Shown: positions 37,546-52,714, counted from the stretch's first letter. The stretch: 64,000 nt of DNA from Kudoa neothunni (GCA_964304625.1 OZ199838.1:11944524-12008523), one strand, 5' to 3'. The notes: a model not told the origin generated them from the sequence alone. Numbers and translations are program-made.

Positions 37546-39879
37546 CCCTCCAAACATGCCAAAAACGACTATACACTTAGCCGTTTTGAGGTCCAGAAAG
37601 ACCCCACTCTTTTCTTTCATATTTTTAAAGATAAAATTATCAAATATTGTTTTAAGAATGAAAACATAAATCTATCGACTAGATAGAGAGGAAATGGATA
37701 AAGATATAACTACAAAGATTGGCGACCCAGCCCGAATGAATAAATAGCTCCTCTTAGATTTTAAATTTGATTAAAATTGCATAATCTCACATCAGAAAAC
37801 CACATTTAAATTATTCCGTGCATTATTTTAAAATTTTGGGTATCTCAGACCTTTTATAATGTTTAAACTGCAAGATATTCTTATTATATTAAATTATATT
37901 TTTCATTACTATATATTACATCAATTATTATTTCTTAACAGACTAACAAATCAACAATGTCTTTAAAGAATAATTTCTAAGATGAGTGATATATCCATTA
38001 ATTTAAACACATAACCTCTTATCAATATAAATATAATCTAAATTCATATTTATTAACCGTTTCAAATATTCTAACGCCAGAAAGAACAAGACCAATGATA
38101 AATAAAACAATACTCAATGATAGACGAATAATTAATGTTTATATTTTTTTACGCAATTGCAACAAACAATTTCAGAGTGATTATTACAACAATATTTTGA
38201 AAAGCAAAAACATATTGATTTTGTTTTTCTATCCGAACCTGGCAAACAAAGATTGCACCTTTTTTTAGATTTAAAAGTGAAGCTTTCATTATTCGAAATA
38301 ACAGGATCATTCAGAAATGGTTTCACTAATAAATCCGCTAAATCTTCTGGATATTTGGCCCACGAGATGTTAGGATTATTAAATATAGTTTTATACAAGT
38401 AAAACGAGTTGACCAAAGTTAAGTCAATCATATTGAAAAAAAATTTAAGATCGGTCATCGTTGGATGATGTAGCCAACAAAATGACAGCCTTGTTCTTTT
38501 TTGACACATAGGATAACATCATCTTTTTCTTATGATGAACAAAAATCGGACTAAAGATTTCCCTCATTTTGTTCGGCTTCACAATCGGCGCAATTTCTCT
38601 TTTGTTGTGGTGAAGAGTTCTTAGTATTGTTTATCCAAAATCAAGACGTTTTTCAGCCAACTCGATCGAGGTAAAGAAATTATCACATACGATAGATACT
38701 TCTACCAGATCCTTTTAGATATGACGATAGCTCTAAAACAACCTTTTCTCCCACATTCTTTGTAACTTCATTGGTAATTTTACCCAGATAGATGGAAATA
38801 TTATGGGTATAATTGGTGTGTGGATTGGTTAATAGAAAAAACTTTATGCCATAGACTGCAGGCTTAGATGGCATGCACTGTTTAAAGGGGCGTCTGCCAC
38901 GAAATGCTACCAGCTGCTCATCAACAGTAAAACTTTCAGAGTGAGTTAAACACATTGGAAGAATTCTTTTCCATTTATTAAATAAGTCAATTATTTATTG
39001 AGCAAAACTTATCATTTCCACGCAGTAAAGCCCTGGTCTCAAAATCATCAAAATGAATACTTCTGTTGATTTATGTGAATCATTCTAGCGACATTATTTT
39101 TCTAAAAACATCTCGTCCTTTATTCAATTATTCTAGCTCCACAATTGTTTGAGGGATTCCATCTTGGATTTAAAAATACACATATACATATATATAAGAA
39201 TTCCCCGTATGCTTTCATTTCCACTAATGTTAATTCATTCCATTTATTTCTGTAATGGAAAGACCCAAATTTGTCTGCGTTATTAATAATGATTTTATAA
39301 AATTCGTCCTCAAAAAATAACGAAAAACAATCTATAAAACAACAAATTCTTGACGATGCGAATGCAGTTGTTCCCGGGACTTTGTTTAAAATATTCCCCT
39401 TCGCTGTTTTAATATTTGAGGGAATATCAGGAAACCATACAACATCGTTTTCATCTTTATACATATTAATCGGCTCAAACACATCAACGCTGTCACAACT
39501 ATTAGAAGAAAAATCATCTTCCACATTATTGTCAATTTCACTGCAATTTGATTATTCACTTGATGGAAATTCAATAAACAAGATCTCCATTTTGTTTGTC
39601 GGTAGGTAGGTATCGTTGGCTATGGGGAATGATCGGCTGTCATAAAATCATGTTTCACTCAATATCGATAAGACCAAATTTTTTAATAAAGCAGTATTTA
39701 ATTTTATAGGATTTTGTACATGTTTTAAATGAATTTTTAGTTATAAAACCTTTTTTGTATTCTTCGTAAAATATCCGGAGAATAACGCCAGATTTCATTA
39801 AATTAGCCATTTTCAACAAGCAATAAATTGGCCCAGAATTTGGTTTGGAGTCCAAAGGACCCCAAACATGCTCGGAGGT
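37546..39879 (-). mobile_element. piggyBac transposon B (PGBD4-like), decayed transposase at about 39600-38132
   Basis: TTAA-CCCTCCAAACATG at left, degenerate inverted CATGCTCGGAGGT-TTAG at right; FTVDEQLVAFRGR, KPAVYGIK, CDNFFTS, C-terminal RCNLC...CCNNH..IVCCNC. Confidence 0.85.
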
Positions 39880-39883
39880 TTAG

Positions 39884-42127
39884 TTATTTCAATTATTTAG
39901 ACAGTTGCTCAAAATCAATGTTAAAATTTTTGGGGTAATAAGGTAGTTCAATTTATGCACAAAAAAATCGGCAAAATTAACAATCACTACAACACTATAT
40001 GTTTGACAATAGGCAACATTCTTTTTAAATCTGTGTGATGAGCAGATAGGTCTTTTACAATTATGACACTCTACGTTGGTTTTTCGATCAGCATTTCTTG
40101 AGCAAAACACAAAACTTGATCTTTTATATACAGGACTCAACCGAATCGAATCGGATATATCATTATTATTTGTGTACTTGTTAAACCGTTCAAAACTGTA
40201 TTTTATATGTGATTAATAATTGGATCCCACAGTTTGACGAAGTAACACATTCGACTGTGCTGAATCGATACACAGAGCTCTTAAGAAATGTTGTTTGCGA
40301 CTCCGATCGTTAGTTCTCCAATCAGGGAATTTGGATGTCCATATGACACAAGCATTAAGAGCTGATGTATCCACCAAATCCATGAACATACGTAAAGGCT
40401 ACCTTCTAGTTGATCTTGAACAACTGTACAACCCGTTGATTCTGTCACCGTTATCAACCGCTTCTTTAGGTTTATTGTAGTGGAGAATAATTGTTGGTCT
40501 CTTTCTTACACCCGCTTCTATTTCACCATCATTTATTTTACTGGATAATAAATAAACAACCCGATTCTTTTTCGGGATATATGACATCATTGTAATGTCA
40601 TTATAGAAACAAAAGGTGGACGAAAGCTCAGGTTGATTTTTAAAATTCAATAAATGTTGAGAAATGTTCGTGTTATTGCGCCTAACAGTACCCGTTAACG
40701 TAATTTTATTTTGTAACAAGATAGTTGCTAGCGGAACCGTTGTAAAAAAGTTATCAGTGGTGGCACCACGACCTGATCCATAAACAGGTTCATTTAGTTC
40801 CTTGACAACTTTTCCCTCTGTTTTGAATCTCTAATGCCTCAAATCTTACCAGTGTAGGGTTCAATATTTGATAAATACGACGTCTCGACATCCGCGGCCA
40901 CCCATAACTTCATACCGTGGCGAGCAAGTTTATTTAAGTACACTCGAAATGGGTATCTTCCGCGAAATGCCACCATTTTTTCATCGACGGTTATGTGAGA
41001 ACCAGGAGAATAGTTTTTTTGGAAAGAATCATTTATTTCATTAAAAGTTTCCAGAATGGGTTCGAATTTATCATTAGATAAATAAAATCTAAATTGTCTG
41101 GTTTGTTTATTACCGAACCGTATTACTATATATATATATGAGAAAAAAGATTTCTTGTCATCGGAACAGAAAAAAAAATATTGTTTGAATAGCGGGTTTG
41201 TATCCCAAATATTTTTTAATGATAAATTTGAACCATTGCATCGTCCAGAAGCAATTAATATCCCAATAAAAGATTTTAACTTTTCAATGGTTATTTTTTT
41301 TCATTTCTGTACCTGCTATTGGAATCACAAAAATTATTCGTGTAATTTTGAATCTTTTCTAGAATGGAGTCAGACATAAAAAATTGAAAGCAATCAGAAA
41401 TCCTGTTCACATTTTTAGCATCACCTAAAAGTCTCGAGTTACTTGTGACGATATTATGAACTCTAGTTCGGGTTCTTGTTTGATTTGTAATATCCCACAG
41501 AATTTCTGATTTCGACATTGATTTATTGTTATCAGTTTGGCATTCATTATCATTTTGAGAATCAGAATATGGGTCTGAATACGGGTCTGAATCTTCCACA
41601 ATATCCTCATAATATGAGGCATCCGATAGGTCACCTTCAAATTCAAGGTCTCTATCGGAGCTTTGATCAATCTCTACATTATCATCAATTAGTTTATTCA
41701 GATCTTTGTAATACGACATGACTAAATACATACAAATTTCATTTCAAACTACCCGCGTAATTTTACGGTAATGGTGTACTTACCCGCTACCAAAATTAGG
41801 GATGATGTCGTGACTTTTTTCGGCCGATTTTTTCGTAGATTTATTTCATTCATTCTAATAAGTTGCAGCATATAAAAATAAGTCTATTTTTTTGTTTCTA
41901 ATGTTTCCTAAATTCGTTTGCCATAACCTATTAATTGAGCATAACAAAACGTGTCACGCCAAATAAAAATAACCTCAAACTATATATTTCCTCACATTTT
42001 ACCGCGATATATAACTCATAATAATATAATATTGAATCTAATATAGTTATGCATATATGTGATTTAAGTTTGTATTTTATCACTTAAGCTTAAGGATGTA
42101 CGTTTTCAGAAAATAAGGCGGCAATGG
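39884..42127 (-). mobile_element. piggyBac transposon C (PGBD4-like), decayed transposase at 41731-39900, 3' end missing
   Basis: ITVDEKMVAFRGR, TTDNFFTT, YNKPKEAVDNGD, CHNCKRPICSSH; terminus GGCGGCAATGG-TTAA at 42117-42131. Confidence 0.82.
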
Positions 42128-42499
42128 TTAAGATTAAATCAGACGATGAGTTTTTTTTTGCTTATAAATAATAATTAAATTTTATTTAATTTCTTTGTTT
42201 CGAAAAAAATCGTCTAGGGCCTTCCAAAACGATGTAGAAACTGTAGAGGTTGCGACACTATGTATACCTCTACAAGAAAACCTACAAGAAAGAGAAAGGA
42301 AAATAGCCAATTAATTTTTTCATTAAATAATGATGAAAACATAGTTTATACGTATGTAGAAAGTAATTGAAATACAATAAATGGTTTTCATTAAATACGA
42401 CAGATGTAAAACAAAAAAACCTTTTTTACCGGAAATAATGAGGGAACAAAACAAAAATTATCTACCAAGAATATCTTAAAGATCTTTTACTATTGGTCT

Positions 42500-43379
42500 G
42501 TAAATAATACTATTGAATCAATTTCATCAATGGTTCGTGTCTCCAAAAAATCGATTATAAATTGGTTTATTAAAATTCGAACCATTTGTACAAAGCATTT
42601 CCTAAATCGACAAAAATTCGGCGGTGAAGGATACGTTATTGAAATTGATGAAAGTCTATTACATGGCTAAAGAAAAAATAACAGGGGCCGTTACTTGAAT
42701 GGAGATTCTTGGAAACAATCTTCTACAAAGGAAATTTTTATCCTTGAGAATTAAGTGACAGTAAAAAGAAAAAAAATTTAATTAATTTGTTATGTCCTCT
42801 AGATGGATGGAAGTGGAAGTGAGTATTGCCTGATTGTGGAGAATTGTCCGACGAATATATGTGTATATGTTATTTAACTATACGATGGTAAATTTTATAA
42901 ATTAGCTCTATGTTCGAATTCTGAAAAATATGGGAATAGGGTGGACGGTCTCTGGGTTTTTGGTCTTTGCTTGTGCTCAGTTGATCCTGATGGGAAAAGG
43001 GCTCTAAAAGAGGTAAGGTATTTCAGTGTTCAAAGAAGAAATCATGAAACTCTAATACCAATAATTGAGAACGAGGTTTTTAAAGGGTCAACTATTTACA
43101 GTGACGAATAGTATGCTTACAATAAACTATCAGAACTAGGCTACAGTCACATTCGAATCAATCATTCTCAAAGTTGTTGTATTAATGAAGCACATTCGAA
43201 TACTATCGAACCTTGTTGGGGTCGGCTCAAACTTAAGATCCTTAAAATTAAGAGGTGTGAGTCAACTAAATTTCAATAGTTACCTGCATGAAGAATGGTT
43301 CCGATCTATTATGGGTGGGAAACTCAATTTATTTAACAACTATTTGAATATTATTAATAAATATTATCCAACTGAATAA
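42500..43379 (+). pseudogene. Merlin / IS1595-like transposase pseudogene with two putative introns
   Basis: KFGGEGYVIEIDES, RKNNRGR, WVFG, TLIPIIENEVFKGSTIYSDE*YAY, HIRINHS, HSNTIEPCW; in-frame stops. Confidence 0.85.
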
Positions 43380-43986
43380 ACCATCAGATTTTTTGCGCAA
43401 TAAAAGCATAATAAATGTCTAAAATTGATTGGAATAAATTTCTCAATCTAGCATCATAAATATTTTTCGAACTATTTCTATATTCCAGTATTTTCTAACA
43501 GCTCTTACTAAAAAGAACATCTGTATGCGATCGGATAAACTACGGAACCATAATATTGTATTAACACTTCGCCGTGTGAGACTGGTAGTAATTTTATTAG
43601 ATGTGAAATAATCTATTATCAATTTTACGACCTGCTTCTTTATACAGAGTTATCTGTGTAATCGAAATTTATGGAGTAACATTGTTTATATTACCTTACA
43701 AATCATTAAACGCATAACCAGCGAATAGACATCGTTAGGCCGTTTAACTGAGAGTGATTTCATTGATGCAAGCTATATAGACGAGACAGAAGTACCGTAT
43801 AAGCATTGAATGTTCTTATACTGCATGAAATGGAATCAAATAGAACTATTGCAAAGATAATATGTTTTTAATATCAATGTTGTAGGGAAATTAATTATTA
43901 ACTAATAAGTTATTTATCGCTTGTTTATTTAAATTTTTATAAAAAATTGATACTAGTTATGAAAATTAAGTATAATAATCTTAGAA

Positions 43987-46900
43987 ATGCTGTTTAAAAT
44001 GCGGAATCAAGTAAAATTATAAAAATTCTCAGCTAATATAGGTCCATTATCTGCTCGATCACGACCGAGGCTTAAGAAACGAAAGGAGTTAACTTGGCTG
44101 CTTGTACCAGTCGAAATTTGGATTAGTTAAAATGAACGAGAAATCTACTTGTAATGACCAATCAGATTATTTACAAGGTGATTTTTATGAATATGCAGTG
44201 AAATTAATTGTAAGTGCTTAGCAACTGGATTCAGTTTTGATGAGGTTTTAAACGACCTATCAAAAATAGTACTCTCCAAGTCTGACACAAACAATTATAT
44301 ATATCAATGCTTTAAGATTTGTGAGGTATTTAATTTTTCTAATGAAGGGAGAGACTAACATTTAATTGTTTTACAGCTAATACTTTATTTTATCTATAGA
44401 TAGCAGCAAATGAGAATCAAAAGAGAACCATAGAGAGACATATAGATAGGATAATAGATTTGTAGTTAGATCTAACATTGAAAAATCTGAAATAAACAAT
44501 TAAATATAGAGCCATATCTGCATTTGGGAGTCGTAGTGCGAAATTAAGGGGAATCACCATTCGTTTATTGAGATATTGTCTGTTGAATAAAAACATATGG
44601 ATGAAATATTTGAGAAAGCGGGTCGACTTTTATATTACAAAGTAATATATATATATATATATATTTTACTCAATCAACTGATTAATAAATTTGTAGAAAT
44701 CTAGATTGTAGTACGAGTGACAAGGAAATTGAACAAAGTATAAAGTTCCTTGTGAATGTAAGAATTACCGTTCAGTATTAAATAATAAAAAAACTAATTA
44801 TTATTTTAGGCTATTGTTTCCTATCCAAAAAATCTATCAGAATCCATCGCCAGTTGCGTTCAAGCTCATTGTGGGGATATAACCAAATATGAAGATAAAT
44901 TTGATTCGGTTTACGTTTATATGCTGTGCACAATAGGTGAAAAATTAATAACTGACGGCTGGATTCTTTATTTTGGTTGTTACTATAGTTTTGGAAAATC
45001 CGGACTTTTTAAGAAATCCTTATGTGAAAAACACCTTTTTTAAGCTGTTATCGAAAATAAGTGTAATTTTATGACGACAATGTAACACATCGATTAATAA
45101 TATCTACAAACATAGCACAAGAAATCGTTAGAATGTATTGTGGATGTTATATTGTATACAGTAGAGTATATTTCACCCGAATCTCCTACGTTTAAGCAAA
45201 TAAATTATTTTGTAAATAAATATTAATTTATTTTGATATGTATAATGCTTGATTTAAAAAACCCAGAGAATGTTAACACCGATAGCTTTGACAACTAACA
45301 CCGACTGTAAAGTGAATCTTTCTACCATAACCCATGTGTACGTATTTATTTAAAACCATCATATTTGTTAACTCACATAAAGGTATACTAAAATGAATGA
45401 ATTATCAGAATATCCGCTCAATATATCGTTAAAGTTGATATTGGATACTTGGACAGGAATATTTGATTTTGGAATGGACCCTCTTGGTTTAAATACCACC
45501 ATCACCCAACTACCGTATGAGGATATAAATTTCCAGGTGCGTATCTGTTTATACGATCGTTCGTAATAATTATTTAGATGCACTTTATTACGTTATTATA
45601 CGACCTAATTGATGCTCCTTTTCCCGCCTATAAGAATTCTTTAGTTGATACATTGAAAAGCTATAGTAATTATTAAACTTTGAAGCTGTTTAAAATTATA
45701 TTGAGCATACTTATGTTCAACATAATTTATTTATTTATTTATTCAAATATCTAGTGAGTGACATTGAATCGAGTGTAATCAATAACAGCAACAGTTCGAC
45801 TCATTTCAGTGCAGCCGAAGAAGCGCTACATGAGGTTTTATCGATAAACGGCCCCAAAAATCATATGTAAGAACTATCGAACTTTCATACTGATTGAATT
45901 AATAATCAATTAGAGTCGATTTGGATAAGGTTAAAAAAACCTACAAGATTCTTGTTCTCTATCATTGTGATATTCTAAAATATCTCACATTGCTCATCAT
46001 GGATACTGTTAATATGGAACTGAAGACAATATATGTGATTCTTTTGAGTGAGATAATTTTCCAAGTTAGTATTTATTTAAATATTAAAAACTTGTAATTG
46101 TTTATTTCAATTAGATCGACACCTTTCTTCCAGCATTATGCACCCATGGAATGGGTATATTGGATGAGTTGAGAAATAAAATTTATCCATTACAAAATGA
46201 CGTCATGACGTATTAAAAAATTATTCTGTTGTAATTTATTTACCACTCCAAATAGCAAATTTGACTTTGTTGTTCGTTCGGTATGTCAATACATTTCATG
46301 GAAATCACAATTTAGTTTCATATCCAATTTCTCGTTGTTAACATACTCATATTTCTATAAACTGGTGATATTTTAGTTGAACTTATCTTTAATTATTTAT
46401 ATATGATATTAATTAGCCCAAGTTTGATAACGTCAAATCCATCACCTCCAAAAATAAAGCTTCTAATTACTCTACTGATCGAATTGATCCCTCTAATGCG
46501 TCGAATAATTCCAGAGTAAGACTTATGCAAAATTATTGAGTGGTTGATGAATTTATTACTTTAAAAATATTAGGATAATGACTTGTTCTCAGACGAGATT
46601 GTTTCTATAGAGCAAATGTGTAGCAATTCACCTAATAATTGGAATTGGGAAACGTTGTTGAAGTTTTTCTATCATCCAGAATTGATATCGGTGGGGAAAC
46701 ATAGTCCAGGTTTGCTTCTTTTTATTGATTTTTGTAATAATAAATGAAATTATTATTGTAGGAATTATTAGAATTTTGGAACATTTATTAAATTTTTTCT
46801 CTTTCGACTTCAAGACGCATACCTATAAATGCTTGGAGAACACTGAAATGAAAATTATTTCTCTGACTGGAATCACCCTATTGCGATACCTCTCTCGAAT

Positions 46901-49900
46901 GGAGACAGTATTTCTATAGATAATTACTAATTGAACGAAAGGAGCATTCTGATTTTCTTTCACAGATTCCATCTATTGCCACATTGATCTCCTCCTACTT
47001 CAAAAAAATGTCTAATTTTATTATACCTGACGAGGTGAGAATATGTGATGAGATTCATCTAATGTATTTTGGTAGAAAATCGATAAAACCTATTCATATA
47101 TTGATTGCGCCATCGCGTTAGGAGACCTCATCTCCGATTGTAGATTAAATATTGTGATCTATATGCTAGTCATCTCAATGAACGATCCAATTTTGATTCA
47201 ATACCTTCATGAGACCAATATATTTATAAAGTTTGAAATAAAATATTATAATTTTCTAATAAAAACTCACTTTGTTTTATCATTTTACATTTTAGGCTTG
47301 AACATTTGTGTGAGATGAGCGAGTGTACCGAATTTTTCAAAAACTTAATCGTTTCCATGGATTACAATTTCAATTCACCAACTATCAATATTCTCAAAAG
47401 ATGTTTATCAGCTCTAAACAACGATGTATTAGATATGGATTTGAGATGAGCTTTGTATAACAATTTGGTTAGCATTTGAGATATTTTTCGACAAAGGTTC
47501 TGAGAATTATTCTACGAACGGATATTGAGTCATTCGAAACCTGGGCGCTAAATCTTCTTGTTGTAATGATTTGGGACAGGAATCCTTTGATCGTTAAAGA
47601 AGCCTTGTCTATTATGATAGAAGCTCTTACCTACAAGGTTGTTTCTATTTTGGTGTATTTTTTTAACTGTTTTTCAGTCTATTGTATACAAAGTGTATGA
47701 AATGAAAATAACATTGACTTCCATACCAGATGCTGAAAAATTGCTTCCTCGGTATAGTTATTGACTAAATCATAATTTTTTATTCATTATTATTGAGTAA
47801 AACCCGTGTGTAATTTAAGGTGAATCTATAATTGTGATATTGTGACACTGTAATATGTTAACGAGTATATTAAATTTTTGCGGAGTTTTTTTAATTTTCC
47901 TGAAATTGTCAAGGTATGAATTTAATAAATTCAGCGAGGGAGCGAGAAATAATATTCTTGATTATATATAATTTTAACTATTATCATCTAGTTATGTTTA
48001 ACCTTAAATTCTATAATTTAATCTAATTATAAGTGCCTAAAGTGGAATAAAAACGAAAGGAAGTATCCTAATTATACTTATGTTTTTAGAATTACAATGT
48101 TACTTAATATATATTAAAAATTATATTACTTTTCGGTAAAATTAATTTTAATTTTTTAAACAATTTAGATACAAAATTTTTTATAATCTTGTGAATGTAT
48201 TTTTCACTAGTTTGGGTTGCCTAAACATTCCTTGAATTGTTGGGTGTAAATGACATAATTACGTTTAATTTAGAATCATATCAAAATTTAAATTTATTCT
48301 AAAAATATTTTGGTAATATTTAAAAACATTACTCGAATTATGGTTTACATAGCTTGTGTGATAAGATATTCTAAACATTTTTATGCAAGACTCCCAAATT
48401 TTATTCGCGGATACTCTAAATCAGCGGTTCTCAACTGTTTTTTCACATTTTCCCCCTAATTTGGAAGTCAAATTCTCAAATTCATATTTACTTTAAGGTT
48501 TGTTACTTTACTGGTTTAGCTATATTAATGGCTACTTACAAGGTAAATTACAATCCTAAAAGACATATACCCTTGTCCAATGACTATTTTTAATTCCATC
48601 AACTCTTACTCACAAGCCATCTACAGATTTAATTTTTTAGATTTTGCTAAATTAAATTAGTGATATCTAAATCCTATTTACCATGCAAATTTTCACTTTA
48701 AATATTATTATTATTAGGCTGCATAATTAAAAGATAAATGGAGCATAAAAGAAAGATACTGATTATAGTTTTATAAATAGCTGTTAAATACTTATTTCTA
48801 AAAACATTTTAAGCATTTCTGCCAACTTCTTATTGAGTTTAATAGCTCCGAATACTATGATTCCTTAGAAATCCTTAATTACGTCACTAACCTCATCATA
48901 AAAAATTACCCCTATCCATTTTTAATGTTACTTAATTTACCCCCGTCATACAAAATTTATCCCCGTGTTGTGAACTTTCCCCTGGTTTAGAACCTGTGCT
49001 CTAAATAATGATTTTTCATTATCAGGGTAAAAAATTTTTAGATCTTAATTTTAAAAATAATAATATTATTAATTTGAATAACAACAACTTCTACTGTGTT
49101 TATACTCCAGAGCTTTATCAATTTGTTAACTTAGATTTCTATGTGTTCCTTCAATAGTTACTGCTTGTATCAAGAATGGTTATGCGAAACAACTTTTAAA
49201 TGAATGGATAAAGGTACGTATATATTATTTTAATTAAATTAGACTGATTATTTTTAATTAGTGTTATTATTTTGAGTACCCTAACTGGGTGAAAGACTCC
49301 ATCCACCAACACACACATAACTCCAATATCAAATCGTAACCTAGAAAATAATTGTATAGAAAATACAGAAGTGATATTTAGATTTTATCCAACCAGTATC
49401 TCACCTCCGTATCATCTCTACGGTGAACTCTGCCAGACAAACGAAGGATTTCAGTTACTTTTCGGCTACGTATATTTTTGGTTATACAGTTTGATATTTT
49501 TAAACTATATTTTGTTGAAATAGAAACTGGTTGAGAAAATTGTGTTTGACTTTAATAAAAATTATCTTATGAGTATGAATAACACATTTTTCAATATTCT
49601 ACCGTCATTATGGGCAATTGGTCATATTGGTTCGACAGTGCTTGGCATAAAATATCTTCTTAAAATTCAACCTCAAATTATCAGTTTTTTGACTAAACTC
49701 GTTCACATGCCGATAAAATTTTATTCTGTCAAAGGAGTTACCATTTATGTGTTGAATATGCTGCAAAATACTAAAGCGGGCCAAAATGAGTTAAACAAGT
49801 GTGGTTGGATTAGGAACAGCTCGCTTAACAACAATAAGAATTCATCGTCATTAGCTAGCGAGAAGAACACTCAAAAACTTATCGTAAATTTGTTGTTTTA

Positions 49901-51616
49901 ACATTAACTATTTGGTACTATATTTTCTTTATTTGGATAGAGATCTGTATCAAACAGTATGGGAGACATCAGAAATAAAAATATAGGTATGTCAATGGTG
50001 TAAGCGGTGCCCTATGCCCTATTGACTTTGTTTTTATTAGAATTCTCACCAGAAGTGCTATCAAAAGATATTTCTACAAGTCTCCACAGAAAACCAAAAC
50101 TTACTAGAAACTACACATTAGAGTAGTTGATTGGAATCGTTAGATTTGGCTGGATATTTCTCTATAGCTTGAATGACGAAATGGTTCCATCCAATTTCAA
50201 TCTAGCGAATGAAAGTATGATTGATAGTGTATCGATATCTACTTCACAGTTACGTGTATCCCGTCCGATTGGTAGATCCACTTCTTCATGTAAAGCTATT
50301 AGTAAAAAGGTATTAAGATGTTATTAACTCATACACACATCACCTTGTATTCTATTAATTTATTTAGAGTAAAAAAAATATAAGAAAAAAATCGTCTTCT
50401 ATCACGGTATTTTTTGGTTGATCTGGTTAACTGTAAATATCGGGATGATTCCAAGTGGAAAGGTGTATCTTCAAGAATGAAAACATTTCTTTTGGCAAAA
50501 AAAGTATATAATATCGTGCACAATCAGATAATATATATTTATTACTATGCTAAGCACTCGGCTGGAAAATTTGGTGTTATGGGTGATGGTAGATATAAAG
50601 ATTCAAGACTATTCCATCATAATTACACCCAACTCGAAACATTTCTGTAGTTTTCATTGCTAGTTTTCCTTACCTATGAATTACTTGATGGGCCGTAGAT
50701 CTATCAGTTCTGAACATCTCGATTCGATCAACAACGATAGCTTCGACCTAACCATAGCTTCCAAGTGTTTCTTTAGTTATTTCAATACTTCAATCGTTCT
50801 TCCTGAAAATTATCAATTTGTTAAGGTTGGAATTTTTATTTTTCTATTGTTTTAGTTGGTTTATTTAGTCACTTTTCAAGTTGAATTATAAATTCAGCAA
50901 CAAGAACAAATACAACACTGCTCACGATGATACAAAAGTAATGGAATCTAAAGAGGTCGGACAACCAAACCTTCAGCCATTGAAAAAACCTACCAAAAGT
51001 TATTTTATACTAACCAGATTATCATTCTAATTCATCGATTTTTAACTCGTAGATTTCAACTCACGGATATCTCAGTTGGCAACTAATAGCCAAAATTTTG
51101 ATTACAATTGCGTTTCTTGTGGGCCAAATTCAAAATGCTTCAATCTATTGCTTAAGCATGACTCCGGAGGGCGCACTTCAGCGCTGTCCAACGAAATTTT
51201 TCCATCCTCAAGATATTTTAACTCTCTACTCAGTTCAAGCCAGAACATTAATGATTCCTCGGAGTGCAGTGAAAAAGCTACCTCTGAACTATTACGATTG
51301 ATATTTTTAGTGGTTACTTCCAAGTTGACCAACGAACTGGAGAAAAGTCTGCGATTGTAATTCACTTATCTTAAATCTCACATTATCACCACTATAACTT
51401 AATAGTCTCAAAAGCGTCTATCCGCAGCTATTCAAATCTCTTTGTGTATACGATAAATGTATGTACATTGCGAACCATTACTACGGTTCGTTGGAGTCTA
51501 GGCGGTTGATCCATCAGCTTTTTAGTATTGAAAGAGACATTGCTGTATTTAATTTGAGCAAAGGATTGTGTTTGATTGAATTTTAGATACCAACAATTGT
51601 TCATCATACAGATTAA
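43987..51616 (+). CDS. RICTOR: rapamycin-insensitive companion of mTOR, multi-exon; 5' exons approximate
   Basis: RYFSTKVLRIILRTDIESFETWALNLLV, PPYHLYGELCQTNEGFQLL, SLWAIGHIGST, SVKGVTIYVLNMLQNTKAGQNELNKCGW and C-terminal ELLRLI...YPQLF...RRLIHQLF match RICTOR/Avo3 blocks in order; many short GT-AG introns. Confidence 0.88.
48422..48998. mobile_element. hAT MITE inside a RICTOR intron
   Basis: Left CAGCGGTTCTCAAC, degenerate right GGTTTAGAACCTGTG; perfect 8-bp TSD CTCTAAAT at 48414-48421 and 48999-49006. Confidence 0.85.
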
Positions 51617-52714
51617 TGACTTTTATAAATAATTTCGTAACCATCCCATCAATAATTATATTCTTTATTTTTCTCTGGTGTGATTTTTGTACGACTGGAG
51701 TAGATTTTGCAATCAACTATTTTCAGTGTATCTCAATGTTTATTATACTATTTAAATTTATAAATTTAAATAGCTCTAATAATTATAAATAAACAAATGC
51801 ATTAAATCTTGTCAACTAAAACATAATGGTGATCAACTCTACGGTGAACTTTACAATTTTTATTTGTAAATAACATCTATTTAAGCTTTTATTATTATCT
51901 GAATGCAAACCTATTTACAATTTTTCTTTTTTTCACAGAATATTGGAAGGGAACAGATATAAATGTTTAGGGGATGGATGTGGCGGTTTATTTTCATCAG
52001 ATTCAGCCGTATACAACATTTAAGGCGGCTCATAAAAGTTTTTCTATCTATAGCTGAATATTCGGCGTTATAATTATAATAATTTTATGTTTTGAATAAA
52101 TAATTTTCCCGTAAAAATTCCCCATCTACCTGAATACCTATTATAAGATAAAAAATTTAATTCATATTCAGAATCTCGCGGTTTGTTTTCTAGCAATACA
52201 AAACTTGATATTATACTAAAAACGTATTTTATAAGCTCATAAATTTTATTCACGATAAAGATTAAAAACTTGACTTTTGGTGATAATATGTTTAACCTTC
52301 TAAGCAACAATTGATCAAGCCTCCTCGGTGTATAGCTAGGGTCAATCTGGACCCAGAGTTTTTTGTGATTTCGTTTAATAATAATGTCTTCTATCAATCC
52401 ACAAAATTATAATTTTAAGAAATGTTTCTTTCGTTAATAATTTCTCCCTTTGTTTTCCATGTCGCGTGCGCCTATAGGCAATGTTCCTATACAAATGGGA
52501 CGACTGATTGTTTTAATATGACAGATATTGGAATTCGTTATTAACTCCACAAACACATAATATAGATTCTGGATTTTCAAAGTGCAAAAATTTTAAGCCA
52601 TATTTTGTTGGTTTACATTTTATATATTGTCTAGCAGAGCAGTTGCTTCTAAAAGAAACAAAATTGCTCATTACGACATATTTTCTCCGTGCTTTAATTT
52701 TTGTCCGTCAAATT

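Noticed and set aside
41565-41595. 12-nt tandem repeat GGGTCTGAATAC
   Set aside because: Local duplication (DPYSDPYS) in the acidic N-terminus of piggyBac C, not an array
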